Assembly (NCBI GenBank): GCA_977862235.1
Contig: OZ374565.1
Coordinates: forward strand, 2,232,001-2,296,000
Origin: Dudresnaya verticillata
Taxonomy: Eukaryota
Length of the DNA stretch: 64,000 nt
Direction: 5' to 3'
Within the stretch, counting starts at the first letter, position 1, and the number at the start of each line of letters is the position of its first letter. Shown one piece after another: positions 1-10,200 of this stretch. A program made the position numbers and the translations under genes. The notes below the pieces were generated by a model. It made no database searches. It had not been told where the DNA came from and saw only the letters and a list, made by a program, of their open reading frames with translations.

Positions 1-1
1 T

Positions 2-754
2 CTTAGCAGGGCCAACATTGCGCCAAGGAGCACGGATGCCGGAATATTTCGCATTGGGGTAGGCTCGTATACCAAAGGTCAGTACTGCCATTCAGTATCT
101 AGTGTTGGATCTCTATGTAATAGGAATATTGTCTCAGAGAATCAGAAGAAACCATTTAATTCCAACGGCAGGCTTGACTATCGTACCATCAAAACACTAG
201 CACATGAGCTGGGTCACTTTTTCGGAGTATGCCCGAACAGCAACGCACATTGTTTGAATCTCCACACTCAGAATGAGATTCCGGATGTGATGGTATGGAA
301 TGGGGGTCCGGCAATCAACGCGAGGCCCCAAGGAGTGTTTAAGAAATTCCTAACAGCTTGCACTCCGCTGTACAAAGACTTGTTGTGCAAAAGGGTGAAG
401 AACGCAGCAGCTGCTTGCGGCAAGCACGTTCGACCTCTGAGCATCGCCGGAAAATACGTAAATAACAAGTATGGTGCTAATGCCAACGATTGGCATTTTG
501 TAACAATCACTGAAGTGGACGTGAACACGTACAAGTGGACAAACCGCGCCGGGGTTTCATGGAACTTGATTCGTGCTAGACGTAACCCGAATCTGTTCCA
601 TACCACTCGTCAGCAACCCGGATACCAGATCGCGCGTGCCGTGTCGATCATATCAAACGGCGCTAAGATTGTGACTGGGATCTTCGGACCGTCCAATGAG
701 TTGTATTCAGTGAGGTCCAGGTTACGCCGTTCCGATGCGGTATTTTCTGCGTAG
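2..754 (+). CDS. Metzincin (reprolysin/M12B-like) zinc metalloprotease, C-terminal part; 5' end outside window
   Basis: The frame is open from base 2 to the stop at 754, in frame with the 254..754 ORF. It contains TLAHELGHFFG (HExxHxxG zinc-binding motif, first His codon at 203) followed by a Met-turn-like PDVM. Confidence 0.7.
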   Translation, partial: LSRANIAPRSTDAGIFRIGVGSYTKGQYCHSVSSVGSLCNRNIVSENQKKPFNSNGRLDYRTIKTLAHELGHFFGVCPNSNAHCLNLHTQNEIPDVMVWNGGPAINARPQGVFKKFLTACTPLYKDLLCKRVKNAAAACGKHVRPLSIAGKYVNNKYGANANDWHFVTITEVDVNTYKWTNRAGVSWNLIRARRNPNLFHTTRQQPGYQIARAVSIISNGAKIVTGIFGPSNELYSVRSRLRRSDAVFSA

Positions 755-2923
755 CGAGAAGTGTATGCGCTCTACTTGGCCTTGGCCAACATTGTGTAAC
801 AGAAGGCGCGTAAGCCATCCATCGGAGGGCTTTCATCTGCACAGGTTACCAAGACGAACTATGGGCAGGCCGCCATGCATGTAGTTTACGAGGAGCTGAT
901 GCTTATACGGCTCGGCGGTCAGATTGTTACGGCAATGAAATAGGGATGGGTACTCGGTGACGATGCAGTAAGAGGAGTAAATTATTCATATTTTTCCAGG
1001 AGGCCTGAACGAGAGGAAATTGATGCACTGCAAGTAACAAGTAACACAGCTGTTACTAACAAGGAGCTGCAGGTATTTACCCATACATGTTAAACACAAT
1101 CGCGGCTAAAATTTTGGATATGATCAGGAGACGACGAAAGCATACATCGATGGGCAAAAAGCGGTGGTGTACTGGAGGGGGAATATCGCCAAACTTTTGC
1201 GCCGAGGAAGTCGGCGATCATTTGCACTCTGGAATCCATTCCGGCGAGTACAACTCTCTGCATCACAATGCCTCACGGATAGGATAGTTGTGGTGTCGTA
1301 TTTTTGCCCCTCTCGCGTTGTAAGAGTGACCAAACAATGCTGCAATGAGTCGAGGACTGACTAATGATAAGGAGTATGGAAACAATTGATCTGAATACTT
1401 TTCTACTTTCAAGAGTAGTTTGCGAGCGGGAGTGACGGCATCGCTAGATACAGTGCTACTATTGGTCGAATGCGGAAATTGATCTTTCCACCCGAAAGAT
1501 CACCCAACGGCAATAGTAATGTTACTGCCGGTTTGCCATACGCGTCAGGAGGGGCCGAAGCGGAGGCAATCTGCGTTGTCTGTATGGGAAGTTTTGCGGA
1601 GGAGGACAGAGAGGGAGCAGAGCATGAGAAGAGGTAAGGAATGTCCCGATGTAAAAATCTGTGCGATCGCTCTGTACTGTCAACGGATGGCAGCGCTAGC
1701 GTGTGGGTCAATAGCAAAACTTCCATCTGGGGACCCGCTTTGCTCCGGGGCTGCTGGGCCGGGAGGGTCGGTCAATGCTAAGATATGGCAGTTGGTTATT
1801 AAAAAGAGGAATTCCTTTTCTGGTTTTCGAGTTTGGCCTGCAAAGGATCTGACATGACAAAATAAGGCCTACAAAAAAGAATCGAAGAGTTTATAAACCG
1901 GGTTGCCCGAGAGTACCCGAGAGCCGACCGTGTGACGCATTACAAGCAGTATTGCAGATATTTGCAGTACTCTTGGGAAAGAGGTACCTTCGAAGGTAAC
2001 AAACAGCACAGGCCAATTAAAGTGAATCGCAGGAAAACACAAAGAGAAAAAAACATGAGAGAGAGGAGTAAGCGAGCGGAAAAGCTTTTCCAAAAGGTCG
2101 CAGCTTGAGATTAAATGAAGAGCGGCGTGGCGTGGTGCTCTCGTGTGTGCACCGGCCTCACACAAGCAATTAGACCCAGACCAGACTGCTAAAAGAATGG
2201 GTTGCAGTAATGAAGACTTGTTACGCTGCAAAATATCTGTCGCGGTCGCGGGAGTGTGGTGCCAAACGCGATATTGCTGAAACGCCACCACACTTGCGCG
2301 CGGCCAGCGCCATCAGACAATCGGGAAACTTTTGCGCGCTACGACGAATACTGAAGCGAAGCGAAAAGTTGGGAATCATGCACCATTTGGAGTTTTGAGT
2401 CGTGCTTGTGTGTTTGATCATCTGCACACATGCACACACACAAAGTCTCTTGCCATTTGCGTGAATTGTGAGCATGTGTGTCGCGCGGCGGCAGGTGAGG
2501 TTGGAGCCCGTGGCTTACCGCCATGATGGGTCTTTCTGTGGGTCTTCATGTGAGAAGCGGCTGGCGATATGCATATCGATGTGTGCACAAGATGCAGAAG
2601 CGATGTGATGGTAGTGTTGTGCATATAAACAGTCTCAGCACAGATGTGCATCCCGATTTGGTCTCATTTTCGGTGTCTCCCGCTATTTTGGTTTTGGGAG
2701 TGCACAAAATATCTCGAGCAGCAAAACGAGTAGTGTTCAGCGCAGGTCGCTATCGTTCTACTATGCAGCTAGTCGCGGCGACCTGGGAGGTGCTTTTGTT
2801 CGACTCTTATACCGCTCATGATGAACTGCAAAAGATAGCTAGAGCTTTGGTAGGTGAAAAAAGAGACCACGCACACGACATCACACAACATCACGTTGCA
2901 AACAGAAGACCGGACCAGGAAAC

Positions 2924-3718
2924 ATGTCTCGACTACCATTGCTTTTGCTGCGGCTGCGGCTGCTATTACTACTACCGATGGCTGCGCTCGGCGTACGGTC
3001 GCACTCCTGGCAGGCAGCAGCAGCCGCAGCAGCAGACGCAGCAGCACTGACGGTGGACCAAAGCACAGCGCGCGTTGCGCTGCGCGTGGCGTCGACATGC
3101 GAGTCGATCGTGATGCCGGCGACGCTGTGCCCCAACTGCCGCATGTTTCCGTACAACGCCCGCGGGCGGTTCCCGGACCAGCGCTTCATGTACGACATCG
3201 ACGACGCGGCGTGCCGGGCCGGTTTGCGCGACTATGTGCGGCTCAACCCGTGCGACACGCAGCGGCGGGACCACGTGAGCGACCTGTCGGACGCGCTCAA
3301 CCGCAAGCGCATCGGCATCTTCATGTACTCGGTGTGCGAGCAGTGCTGCGACTGCATCCCGATCGGCAGCCGCGTGCGCGAGTTTGGCGAGAGGAGGAGG
3401 AAGAAGACGCTGAGTCGCGTGACGCGAGGCTACTGCCCGATGCACGCGCACTTTGATCTGTGCTGGGTGTGGCCCAAGGTGCGCAGTGTTGTGCGGGAGG
3501 GGCAGAAGAGGGACTTTGGGCGCGCCATGGTGTGTCCGCTGTTGAAAAAGTGGCATGCGGCGGGCGGCTTGGAAGGGTGGGGGAGGAGCAATCGCATGAG
3601 GGGCTTGGATCGCGCTATCAAGCGCTTTTTGTGGCAGTTTAAGACGAATGCGCGGTGTGAGGATGAGCGCGTTTGGAAGGAATGCGTCGGGCTCGAGGTT
3701 GCGCAGAGGCGGCTGTGA
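2924..3718 (+). CDS. Hypothetical secreted Cys-rich protein (264 aa)
   Basis: ATG start, Leu-rich signal-peptide-like N-terminus (MSRLPLLLLRLRLLLLLPMAALG), many spaced Cys (e.g. CEQCCDC), GC-rich third positions. Convergent with the aquaporin gene. Confidence 0.7.
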   Translation: MSRLPLLLLRLRLLLLLPMAALGVRSHSWQAAAAAAADAAALTVDQSTARVALRVASTCESIVMPATLCPNCRMFPYNARGRFPDQRFMYDIDDAACRAGLRDYVRLNPCDTQRRDHVSDLSDALNRKRIGIFMYSVCEQCCDCIPIGSRVREFGERRRKKTLSRVTRGYCPMHAHFDLCWVWPKVRSVVREGQKRDFGRAMVCPLLKKWHAAGGLEGWGRSNRMRGLDRAIKRFLWQFKTNARCEDERVWKECVGLEVAQRRL

Positions 3719-3797
3719 TTATCAATATCTGTAAAAACACAACACAACGGCGGCGAAAGGTTGCAACAAGTCAAAGAGCCATCAAACAAACATTTCG

Positions 3798-4517
3798 CTA
3801 AGTGCTGGCGCTCGGCAGCAGCGAGCGAGCCTCCTCGACCAGGCCGTGGGCCTCATCGCCAAAGTGCGCAAACTCTTCCGGGTCGACAAGGTAGAAGACC
3901 GCGGCGCCGAGCAGCGCGCCGACCAGCTGCGCCAGCACCAGCCACAGCATGTACGGCAGCTTCCAAAAGTGCTTGACCAGGCCGAGCCCCAGCGTGACCG
4001 CCGGGTTGAACGCCGCGCCGGAGATGCGGCCCACCGTGGCGCCGCCCGCAAACACCACAAAGCCGATGGCCACGCCGTAGTAGCTGTTGTTCGCGGCCTT
4101 GGAGCTGGTGGCGGTCGCCAGCACGACCAGACACAGCAGCGCGGTGAAGACCAGCTCGGCCAGAAAGGCCTGCAGCAGGCCGAAGCCGTCGCCCAGCGCG
4201 AGCGCGTGCAGGTTGCCGGCGATCAGCCCGCCCACCAGCGCGCCCAGCGCGGCGCCGGCCAGCTGGAACACCCAGTACGTCAGCAGGTCCTGCAGCGACA
4301 GCGCGCCGCGCGCAAACACGGCCAGCGACACGGACGGGTTGTAGTGCGCGCCGGAGATCGGGTAGCCGGCGTAGATGGCGGCCGTGAGCGCCAGCGCGGC
4401 GGCGATGGGCGACTGCGGCGTGCCGAACGACAGCTGCACGGTGAGGACCAGCACGAAGGCGCCGGTTAGCTCCATGACGGCCTTGGAGAACTTTGCGCGG
4501 AACTCTTCGAGGGCCAT
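3798..4517 (-). CDS. Aquaporin / MIP family channel (239 aa)
   Basis: About six hydrophobic helices. Contains ELTGAF, ISGAHYNPSVS, AELVFT and ISGAAFNPAVT, i.e. both NPA-type boxes. Confidence 0.95.
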   Translation of the reverse strand: MALEEFRAKFSKAVMELTGAFVLVLTVQLSFGTPQSPIAAALALTAAIYAGYPISGAHYNPSVSLAVFARGALSLQDLLTYWVFQLAGAALGALVGGLIAGNLHALALGDGFGLLQAFLAELVFTALLCLVVLATATSSKAANNSYYGVAIGFVVFAGGATVGRISGAAFNPAVTLGLGLVKHFWKLPYMLWLVLAQLVGALLGAAVFYLVDPEEFAHFGDEAHGLVEEARSLLPSAST

Positions 4518-4640
4518 GGTTGGGGTTGGGGTTGGGGGTTGGGGTGTGTGGGTGGGGTGTGTGGGTGGGGTGTGTGGGTGGGGTGTGTCGGTGGGGTGTG
4601 GGTAAGCGAAGGGTGCGGGTAAGCGAAGGGTGCGGGTGTG
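4518..4640 (+). repeat. G/T-rich low-complexity tract (GGGGTT / GGGTGT units, plus 2x GGGTAAGCGAAGGGTGC) immediately upstream of the aquaporin ATG
   Basis: Direct reading: ggttggggttggggttgggggttggggtgtgtgggtggggtgtgtggg... Confidence 0.8.
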
Positions 4641-4889
4641 GATGGATAGCAGAGGGTGGAGGGCTGCGTCGGGCGCGAGCGGCGTTGTGAACGGTACCTA
4701 CAGATGTGGGTAGGGTATTTGAGCGTGTCCTTCACTGCATCTCACTGCAGCAGTGTGGAAGCAGCGCGGCGGCAGATTGCCCGAATCGGATTGATCGTAT
4801 GTGGCGCGCAGAGTGATCAACACATTATCGATCAACACAAAGACAAAACGCCTCAAGCCGCCAATGACGCGCGCGCGCGCTTGCGAGAT

Positions 4890-4927
4890 TCAACGTCGCT
4901 CCAACGTCGCTCCAACGTCGCTCCAAC
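4890..4927 (+). repeat. 11-bp tandem repeat (TCCAACGTCGC, ~3.5 copies) in the divergent intergenic region
   Basis: ttcaacgtcgc tccaacgtcgc tccaacgtcgc tccaacg. Confidence 0.8.
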
Positions 4928-5083
4928 GGCAACGCCGCGTGCCGCGCGCTGTGCGTCAGCGTCCGCTCCGACCACCGCGCCGTCAGCCGCTGTAATGCCG
5001 GCAACGAGGCCGCGCGCTCCTTTCTGTTCCCGCCGCCGCGCCGCGCCGCGCCGCGTCGCGCCCCCCCACCGCGCCCACCCGCC

Positions 5084-7120
5084 ATGTCCGCCGCGCGCCC
5101 GCCGCCGCGCGCGCCCGCCGCAGCAGACCGCGACCACGCCGACGCCGACGCCGACGCCGACGAGCAGCCCTCCGCGCCGCCGTCCAAGCCGCCGCCGCCG
5201 CCATCCCCGCCGCCGCCGCCATCCCCGCGCGCGCCCCCGCGCGCCGCCTCCTCCGCGTGGGCGCGCGTGCGCGACGCAGTCGACCGCGTGTCGCGCTCGC
5301 CGCCGGGCGCGGCGCAGCGCCTGTACAAGGCGGCCGTGCTGGACGCGACGGCGCGGCGCGCGGAGCCGCCGCCGCCGGCCGCCGTGCGGCTCGTGGTGGC
5401 GGCCGTGCGCGCCGGCGGGAACACGGCCGACCGCCGCACGCCCGTGGGCGCCGTGCTGCCGCTGCTGCGCGCGCGCATGCGCGCGCAGCCGCCCACGGTC
5501 GCGCTCAAGGCCGCCACCACGCTGCACGCGGTCTTCCGCGCCGGCAACGTGCGCTTTGTCGCGTTTCTCGCCGCGCACCCGGCCGACATGTTTGACGCGC
5601 GCGCGCCGGACCTCCGCCGCGACGCCGCGCCGCCCGCGCCGCTCGAACAGCAACAGCAACAACAACACCACCACGCCGCGTTTGCGCCCGCGTACGCGGC
5701 ATATCTCAAGCACTGGCTGGCCGCGCGCGCGCGCGCCGCCTTCCCGCCCGCGCACGAGCCTACAACATCCGCCGCAACATCCGCCGCAACATCCGCCGCC
5801 GCAACATCCGCCGCGGCATCCGCCGCGGCCGCGCGCTTTGCGTCGTCGTCGGTCGAAGACCTGCTGCGCGCAGTGCCGCACGTCGTGGCGCTGCTCGACG
5901 TCACGGCCGAGCTGCCGCTGACCGCGCGCATCCAAGCGTGCCCGGTGGCGCGCCCGGCGCTGCAGATGCTGCTGCACGACCACATGCACATCCACATTGC
6001 GCTGCAGGCCGCGGCGGAGCGGCTCGCCGGGCTCTTCTTCTCGCTGCCGCCCGAGCACGCCGTCCCGGCGCACGCGCTGTACACGCGCATCGTGCTCGCG
6101 TGCGGCCGCGTGCGCGCAAACGTCGACGTGCTGCGCGCCGTCGACCCGCGCTGCACCGTCGCCTCGCTCGCCGTCGCGCCCGACCTCGCGCACGAGATGC
6201 ACCGCTACATTGCCGACGGCTGCGAGCACGACGTGCAGCACGACGCGGCCGTGGCCGTGCGCCGCGCCACGGCCGCCGCGGCGCAAGGCGCGGCCACCGA
6301 CCGTCAGGTGGCCGACGTGGTGCGGTGGAACAACAGCAACGAGTCTGCGAGCGCCGCAATGCTGCACGAGCTGCGCGCCGCGCTGGGCGCGCCCGACTGG
6401 CGCGTCGTGGCCAAAGCGCAGGTGCTCTTCTGGCACCTGCTGCAGGGCGCCAGCGCCGAGGTGGCCGGGCAGCTGTCGGCGGACGCGGAGCGCGTGTTTG
6501 GCCACGCGTTTCTGCGCTTTGTCAGCGACGAGGACGGGGCCGTGGCGCACGCGCCGCTCATCCTGTGGTTTGGCGAGTTTCTCAAGGTGCGCGCCGGCGC
6601 GCTCTACTCGGGGCTGCTCGCGCTCGAGACGAGCCGCGAGCGCGCGGCCGCGCGCATGCCGGTAGACGACGCGGAAAAGCTGCTGGCGGCGCTGCCGCGC
6701 GGCCTGGACGTGCTGGACCGGCTGCAGCGCTTTTACGTGGGCGAGGACATTGCCGCGACGTCGGCGATTGCGCAGGCCGTGTACGACCTTGTGACGCGCG
6801 ACGTGCGCGCGGTGTTTGCGGCCGTCGTGCGCAAGACCAACGACCTGGTGGCGTGCTTTTTCGAGCTCGAGCCGGACAGCGGGCGCGCGGCGCTCGCGGT
6901 GTACGAGCGGTTTGTGCGCATGGTGGAGGCGGCGCGCGGCGACGGCGGCATGTTTGATAGGGCCAAGACGGTGACACGCGGGTGGCGGCGGCCCGAGGAG
7001 GTTGTGGTTACGACCGACGTGCTCGGCGACATGCGCATGTATCTGGAGGTGGGCGCGGCGGCGGCGGCGGTGCAAGAGGAGGAGGAAGAAGATGAGGACC
7101 GCATTGAAAAGGCGTTGTGA
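5084..7120 (+). CDS. ANTH/ENTH-domain (AP180/CALM-like clathrin assembly) protein with two ANTH-like units (678 aa)
   Basis: Unit 1: KAAVLDAT...PP, VALKAATTLHAVFRAG, FAPAYAAYL, FFSLPPEHA..A..LY. Unit 2: DWRVVAKAQVLFWHLLQ, FFELEPDSGRAALAVYERF. Both match ANTH consensus segments. Confidence 0.8.
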   Translation: MSAARPPPRAPAAADRDHADADADADEQPSAPPSKPPPPPSPPPPPSPRAPPRAASSAWARVRDAVDRVSRSPPGAAQRLYKAAVLDATARRAEPPPPAAVRLVVAAVRAGGNTADRRTPVGAVLPLLRARMRAQPPTVALKAATTLHAVFRAGNVRFVAFLAAHPADMFDARAPDLRRDAAPPAPLEQQQQQQHHHAAFAPAYAAYLKHWLAARARAAFPPAHEPTTSAATSAATSAAATSAAASAAAARFASSSVEDLLRAVPHVVALLDVTAELPLTARIQACPVARPALQMLLHDHMHIHIALQAAAERLAGLFFSLPPEHAVPAHALYTRIVLACGRVRANVDVLRAVDPRCTVASLAVAPDLAHEMHRYIADGCEHDVQHDAAVAVRRATAAAAQGAATDRQVADVVRWNNSNESASAAMLHELRAALGAPDWRVVAKAQVLFWHLLQGASAEVAGQLSADAERVFGHAFLRFVSDEDGAVAHAPLILWFGEFLKVRAGALYSGLLALETSRERAAARMPVDDAEKLLAALPRGLDVLDRLQRFYVGEDIAATSAIAQAVYDLVTRDVRAVFAAVVRKTNDLVACFFELEPDSGRAALAVYERFVRMVEAARGDGGMFDRAKTVTRGWRRPEEVVVTTDVLGDMRMYLEVGAAAAAVQEEEEEDEDRIEKAL

Positions 7121-7166
7121 GTGTGTGTAAGATATATATAAGAAGATAATATTGTTTGCGAGGCGC

Positions 7167-7223
7167 AAGCGCGAGGGCGTCCGTCGCTCGGCTCAAGCGC
7201 GAGGGCGTCCGTCGCTCGGCTCG
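7167..7223 (+). repeat. ~28-bp direct tandem duplication (AAGCGCGAGGGCGTCCGTCGCTCGGCTC x2)
   Basis: Read directly between the two ANTH genes. Confidence 0.8.
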
Positions 7224-7981
7224 GAGGAGACCAACGTTGGCGTTCTCGGAGGAGGAAAGCCGGCACAGCGGCTGCAAGTTGTGAAGCAGCAAGCACATAG
7301 CGAGTTAGACGAAAGAAAGGTGGACGGGACAGCACCCACAGCGCGCACAGCGCCCACAGCACCTCTCCAGAGTTGGCGGCCCCTCCTCGAGCAATTGCGC
7401 AAAGCTGCATCTCGCAGCGTGTGGATGGTGCCCGCGCTTGATTCAGCCGCAGCTGCTCGCGCATTGCTTCGCTCTCGTTGCGCGCAGGAATGCACGCGGC
7501 CTCGTCGGTGCCGAAGCGCGCTTCTGCATCGGTGCGCGGAAGACGTGGCCGACTCGATTGGGCGCTATTTCGGGCGCAGCGGAACGAAGCCTCGCGCCGC
7601 GCGAAACGCCGCAGTCGCCCTCGCGCCGCGCCGCCAATCGCTGCCTCGACGCCGCCGCGGACAGCGCCCCCTTCGCGCGCACAGCGATGCATCGCCAATG
7701 CTCCGCGTCGGTCGCCACCGCGCCCCCCGCGGCAACCCCGTCGCCACCAACCGCCTCCTCCGCGCCCGCGCGCCCGCGCCTTCTTCAGTCAACACCCGCC
7801 GCGCCCGCCGCCGCGCATCGCCGTGCCGCGCCCGCCGCGTCAATCCCCACCGCCACCGCCACCACCGCCACCGCCGCCACCGTCGCCGCCCGCCGCCCGC
7901 CCCCCGCCGACATGCCGCCGCTCCCCCGCGCAGAGTGCTGCACCACCGCGCAAGCGCTACGCGCCCGCGCCGACGCCACCC

Positions 7982-8025
<44 letters not shown>
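7982..8025 (+). repeat. (GCC)n microsatellite
   Basis: About 14 consecutive GCC units. (CCGCAG)n at ~8341-8384 and (CAG)n at ~8922-8951 lie nearby. Confidence 0.9.
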
Positions 8026-8027
<2 letters not shown>

Positions 8028-8175
8028 GCCGCGCTCGCCGCGCGCCGCATCCTCCGCCGCCGCCGCCGCCAGCCTGCGCGAGCCGCGCACGGTGCGCCTG
8101 CGCGCGCGCGCGACGCGGACGTACCCGAGCGCGCCGCAGCCGCCGCAGCCGCCGCCGCCGCCGCCGCGCGCGGCA

Positions 8176-8921
8176 ATGCCGCCCAACACGTCCGCGCCGT
8201 CGCTGGCGCTGCTGGCGTCGCCGCTGCAGCTGGCCGCGCCGGCGCCGCACCTGGCCGCGTCGCCGCGCGCGCGCCGCCGCGCCGCGCCTTTCGCGCGCGT
8301 GCCGTCCGCGCCCGCGCCGCGCTCGCGCGGCCGCGCGGAGCCGCAGCCGCAGCCGCAGCCGCAGCCGCAGCCGCAGCCGCAGCCGCGCCAGCCCGCCGAG
8401 CAGCAGCAGCGCGACCGCGTCGACGCCCGCGACCACCCCGACCCGCCGCACTCCTCGTCCTCGTCCACCTACGTCACCGCCCTGTCCCACCCGCCCGACC
8501 CCGCACGTCCGCCGACCGCTGCAGACTCCGACCCGGATACAGACAGCGGCAGCGACCGCGACGCCGCGCCCGTGCCGGCCATGCAACCCGGCAACCCCGA
8601 CGCGCCCACGCCGTCGTCAGCCACGCCCTGGGACGCCGTCGCGCCGCGCGCGCGCGCACCGGCCGTCGCAGCCGCGGCGGCTGCCGCGCGCGTCTCGTCG
8701 GCCGCGCACCGCCTCTCGCAGCTGGACCGCGTCGCGCCCGCCTCGCCAGCACACCAGCCGCCGCTCATCGCCATGTCGTCCGCCAGCTCGGCCGACTCGG
8801 CGCGCCACGCCCACATGTCCCCGCGCCGCGTGTCGCAGTTCCACGTGCGCCACGTCTCCCCCTGCGCAGTCCCGCGCGCGTCCGCGGCCTACCTCGTGCG
8901 CGTGGGCGCGCGCCCGCCGCT

Positions 8922-8953
<32 letters not shown>

Positions 8954-10200
8954 CGCACGCCCAGTTGCACGCGCAGGCGCAGGCGCAGATGCAGGCGCAC
9001 CGCACCAAGGACCGCACCACCGACGCCTTCCGCCGCCTCAAGGACCGCTTGAACAAGACCGGTAGGAACAAGTGGAGCGTCTTCTGCATCAACGCCACCA
9101 GCCGCGACCGCCGCCAGCCCCCGCACCAGCCGTGTGTTCGCCTCATCATTGCAGGCCTGCAGGAGGGCGGAGACCCCAAGGACCGCGAGACGCCTGTCGG
9201 CGCCATTCTGCACCAGCTGCGCGGCCGCCTCGAGGCCTCACACTGGGTCGTCGCGCTCAAAGCAGAGATCATCTTTCATACCATCTTCCGTGTCGGCAAC
9301 CACTGGTTTGTCGAGTACATTGCCGACGGCTGGCAGCACATGTTCGACAAGCACTCGTTTGACGATTTCTCGGAAGGCGGCCCGTGCCACACGCCTTTCA
9401 TCCGCACCTACGCCGCGTATCTTCGCGCGTGGCTCACCATGCGTGCCGTCATCAAATGCTCGCCGTCCCAAGATCCACGGAATCCGGAAGCTTCGGTCAT
9501 GCGACGCTTCGACGAGGCCGATGCGGACAAGCTGCTCACCGCGACGCCAGTCCTGCTCAACACTATCGACAAGATCCGTGGCCTCAGAATGGGCGCCGGT
9601 ATTTTGGATTCCGTTGTGGCGAGACCAGCTCTCATACTTGTGCTGCATGACTTGAAGAGTCTGATGACGTCGTTAAGCAGCGCCGTCTCCAGACTAGGTG
9701 ACCTCTTCTTCCAACTGTCAAACGAAGATGCAGTCTGTGCCCTTGATCTATACTCACGGTCTCTCAAGACGTTTCGAGACATTCGTCCCGTCGTCGACAA
9801 GCTCATGACGATATATGCTGGTTGCGACATCCCAAAACCAACTTTCCCGGAATCTCTTGAAACAAGAATGAAAGCATACGTTGCAAATGGCTTGAAACAG
9901 GCAACATCTGAGACAGCGGAGGACGAGCTGGATGACGATGACTTTGTGAACATTGATACATGCTCGGATGAGTCGATTCGCAGTCTCAGCTTTTCAACTT
10001 CGCCATCGGAAGGAAGAACGACAGTCTGTAGCCCGCCAAAGCCTCCACATAGCCCTACACCGTTTCCCTGTAATAACGGACCTGTTGCTATTCCTGCAGT
10101 TGGTGATATGTATCGCGGTTTCCGCGGGCGAAAGCTGGAAGGGTATTGGATCCAAGGCGAGCGAACGGCAGGTGTTGAAAGCAACGCTTACGCTTGGTGA
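8176..10200 (+). CDS. ANTH-domain clathrin assembly protein with long low-complexity N-terminus (start uncertain; in-frame ATGs further upstream, e.g. 7687)
   Basis: CINATSRD..PP, HWVVALKAEIIFHTIFRVG, FIRTYAAYL, FFQLSNEDAVCALDLYSR. The N-terminus has (PQ)n and polyQ tracts. Paralogous to 5084..7120. Confidence 0.8.

Noticed and set aside
4518..4545. TTGGGG-like units resembling a ciliate-type telomere repeat
   Set aside because: Only 3-4 degenerate units grading into GT-rich sequence at a gene start; best read as low-complexity UTR or promoter DNA.
4656..9213. Many long overlapping alternative-frame ORFs (e.g. 4853..7168 -, 7152..9065 +, 7478..9052 +)
   Set aside because: Shadow ORFs caused by very high GC; the Arg/Pro/Ala-rich translations lack motifs and overlap the ANTH genes.
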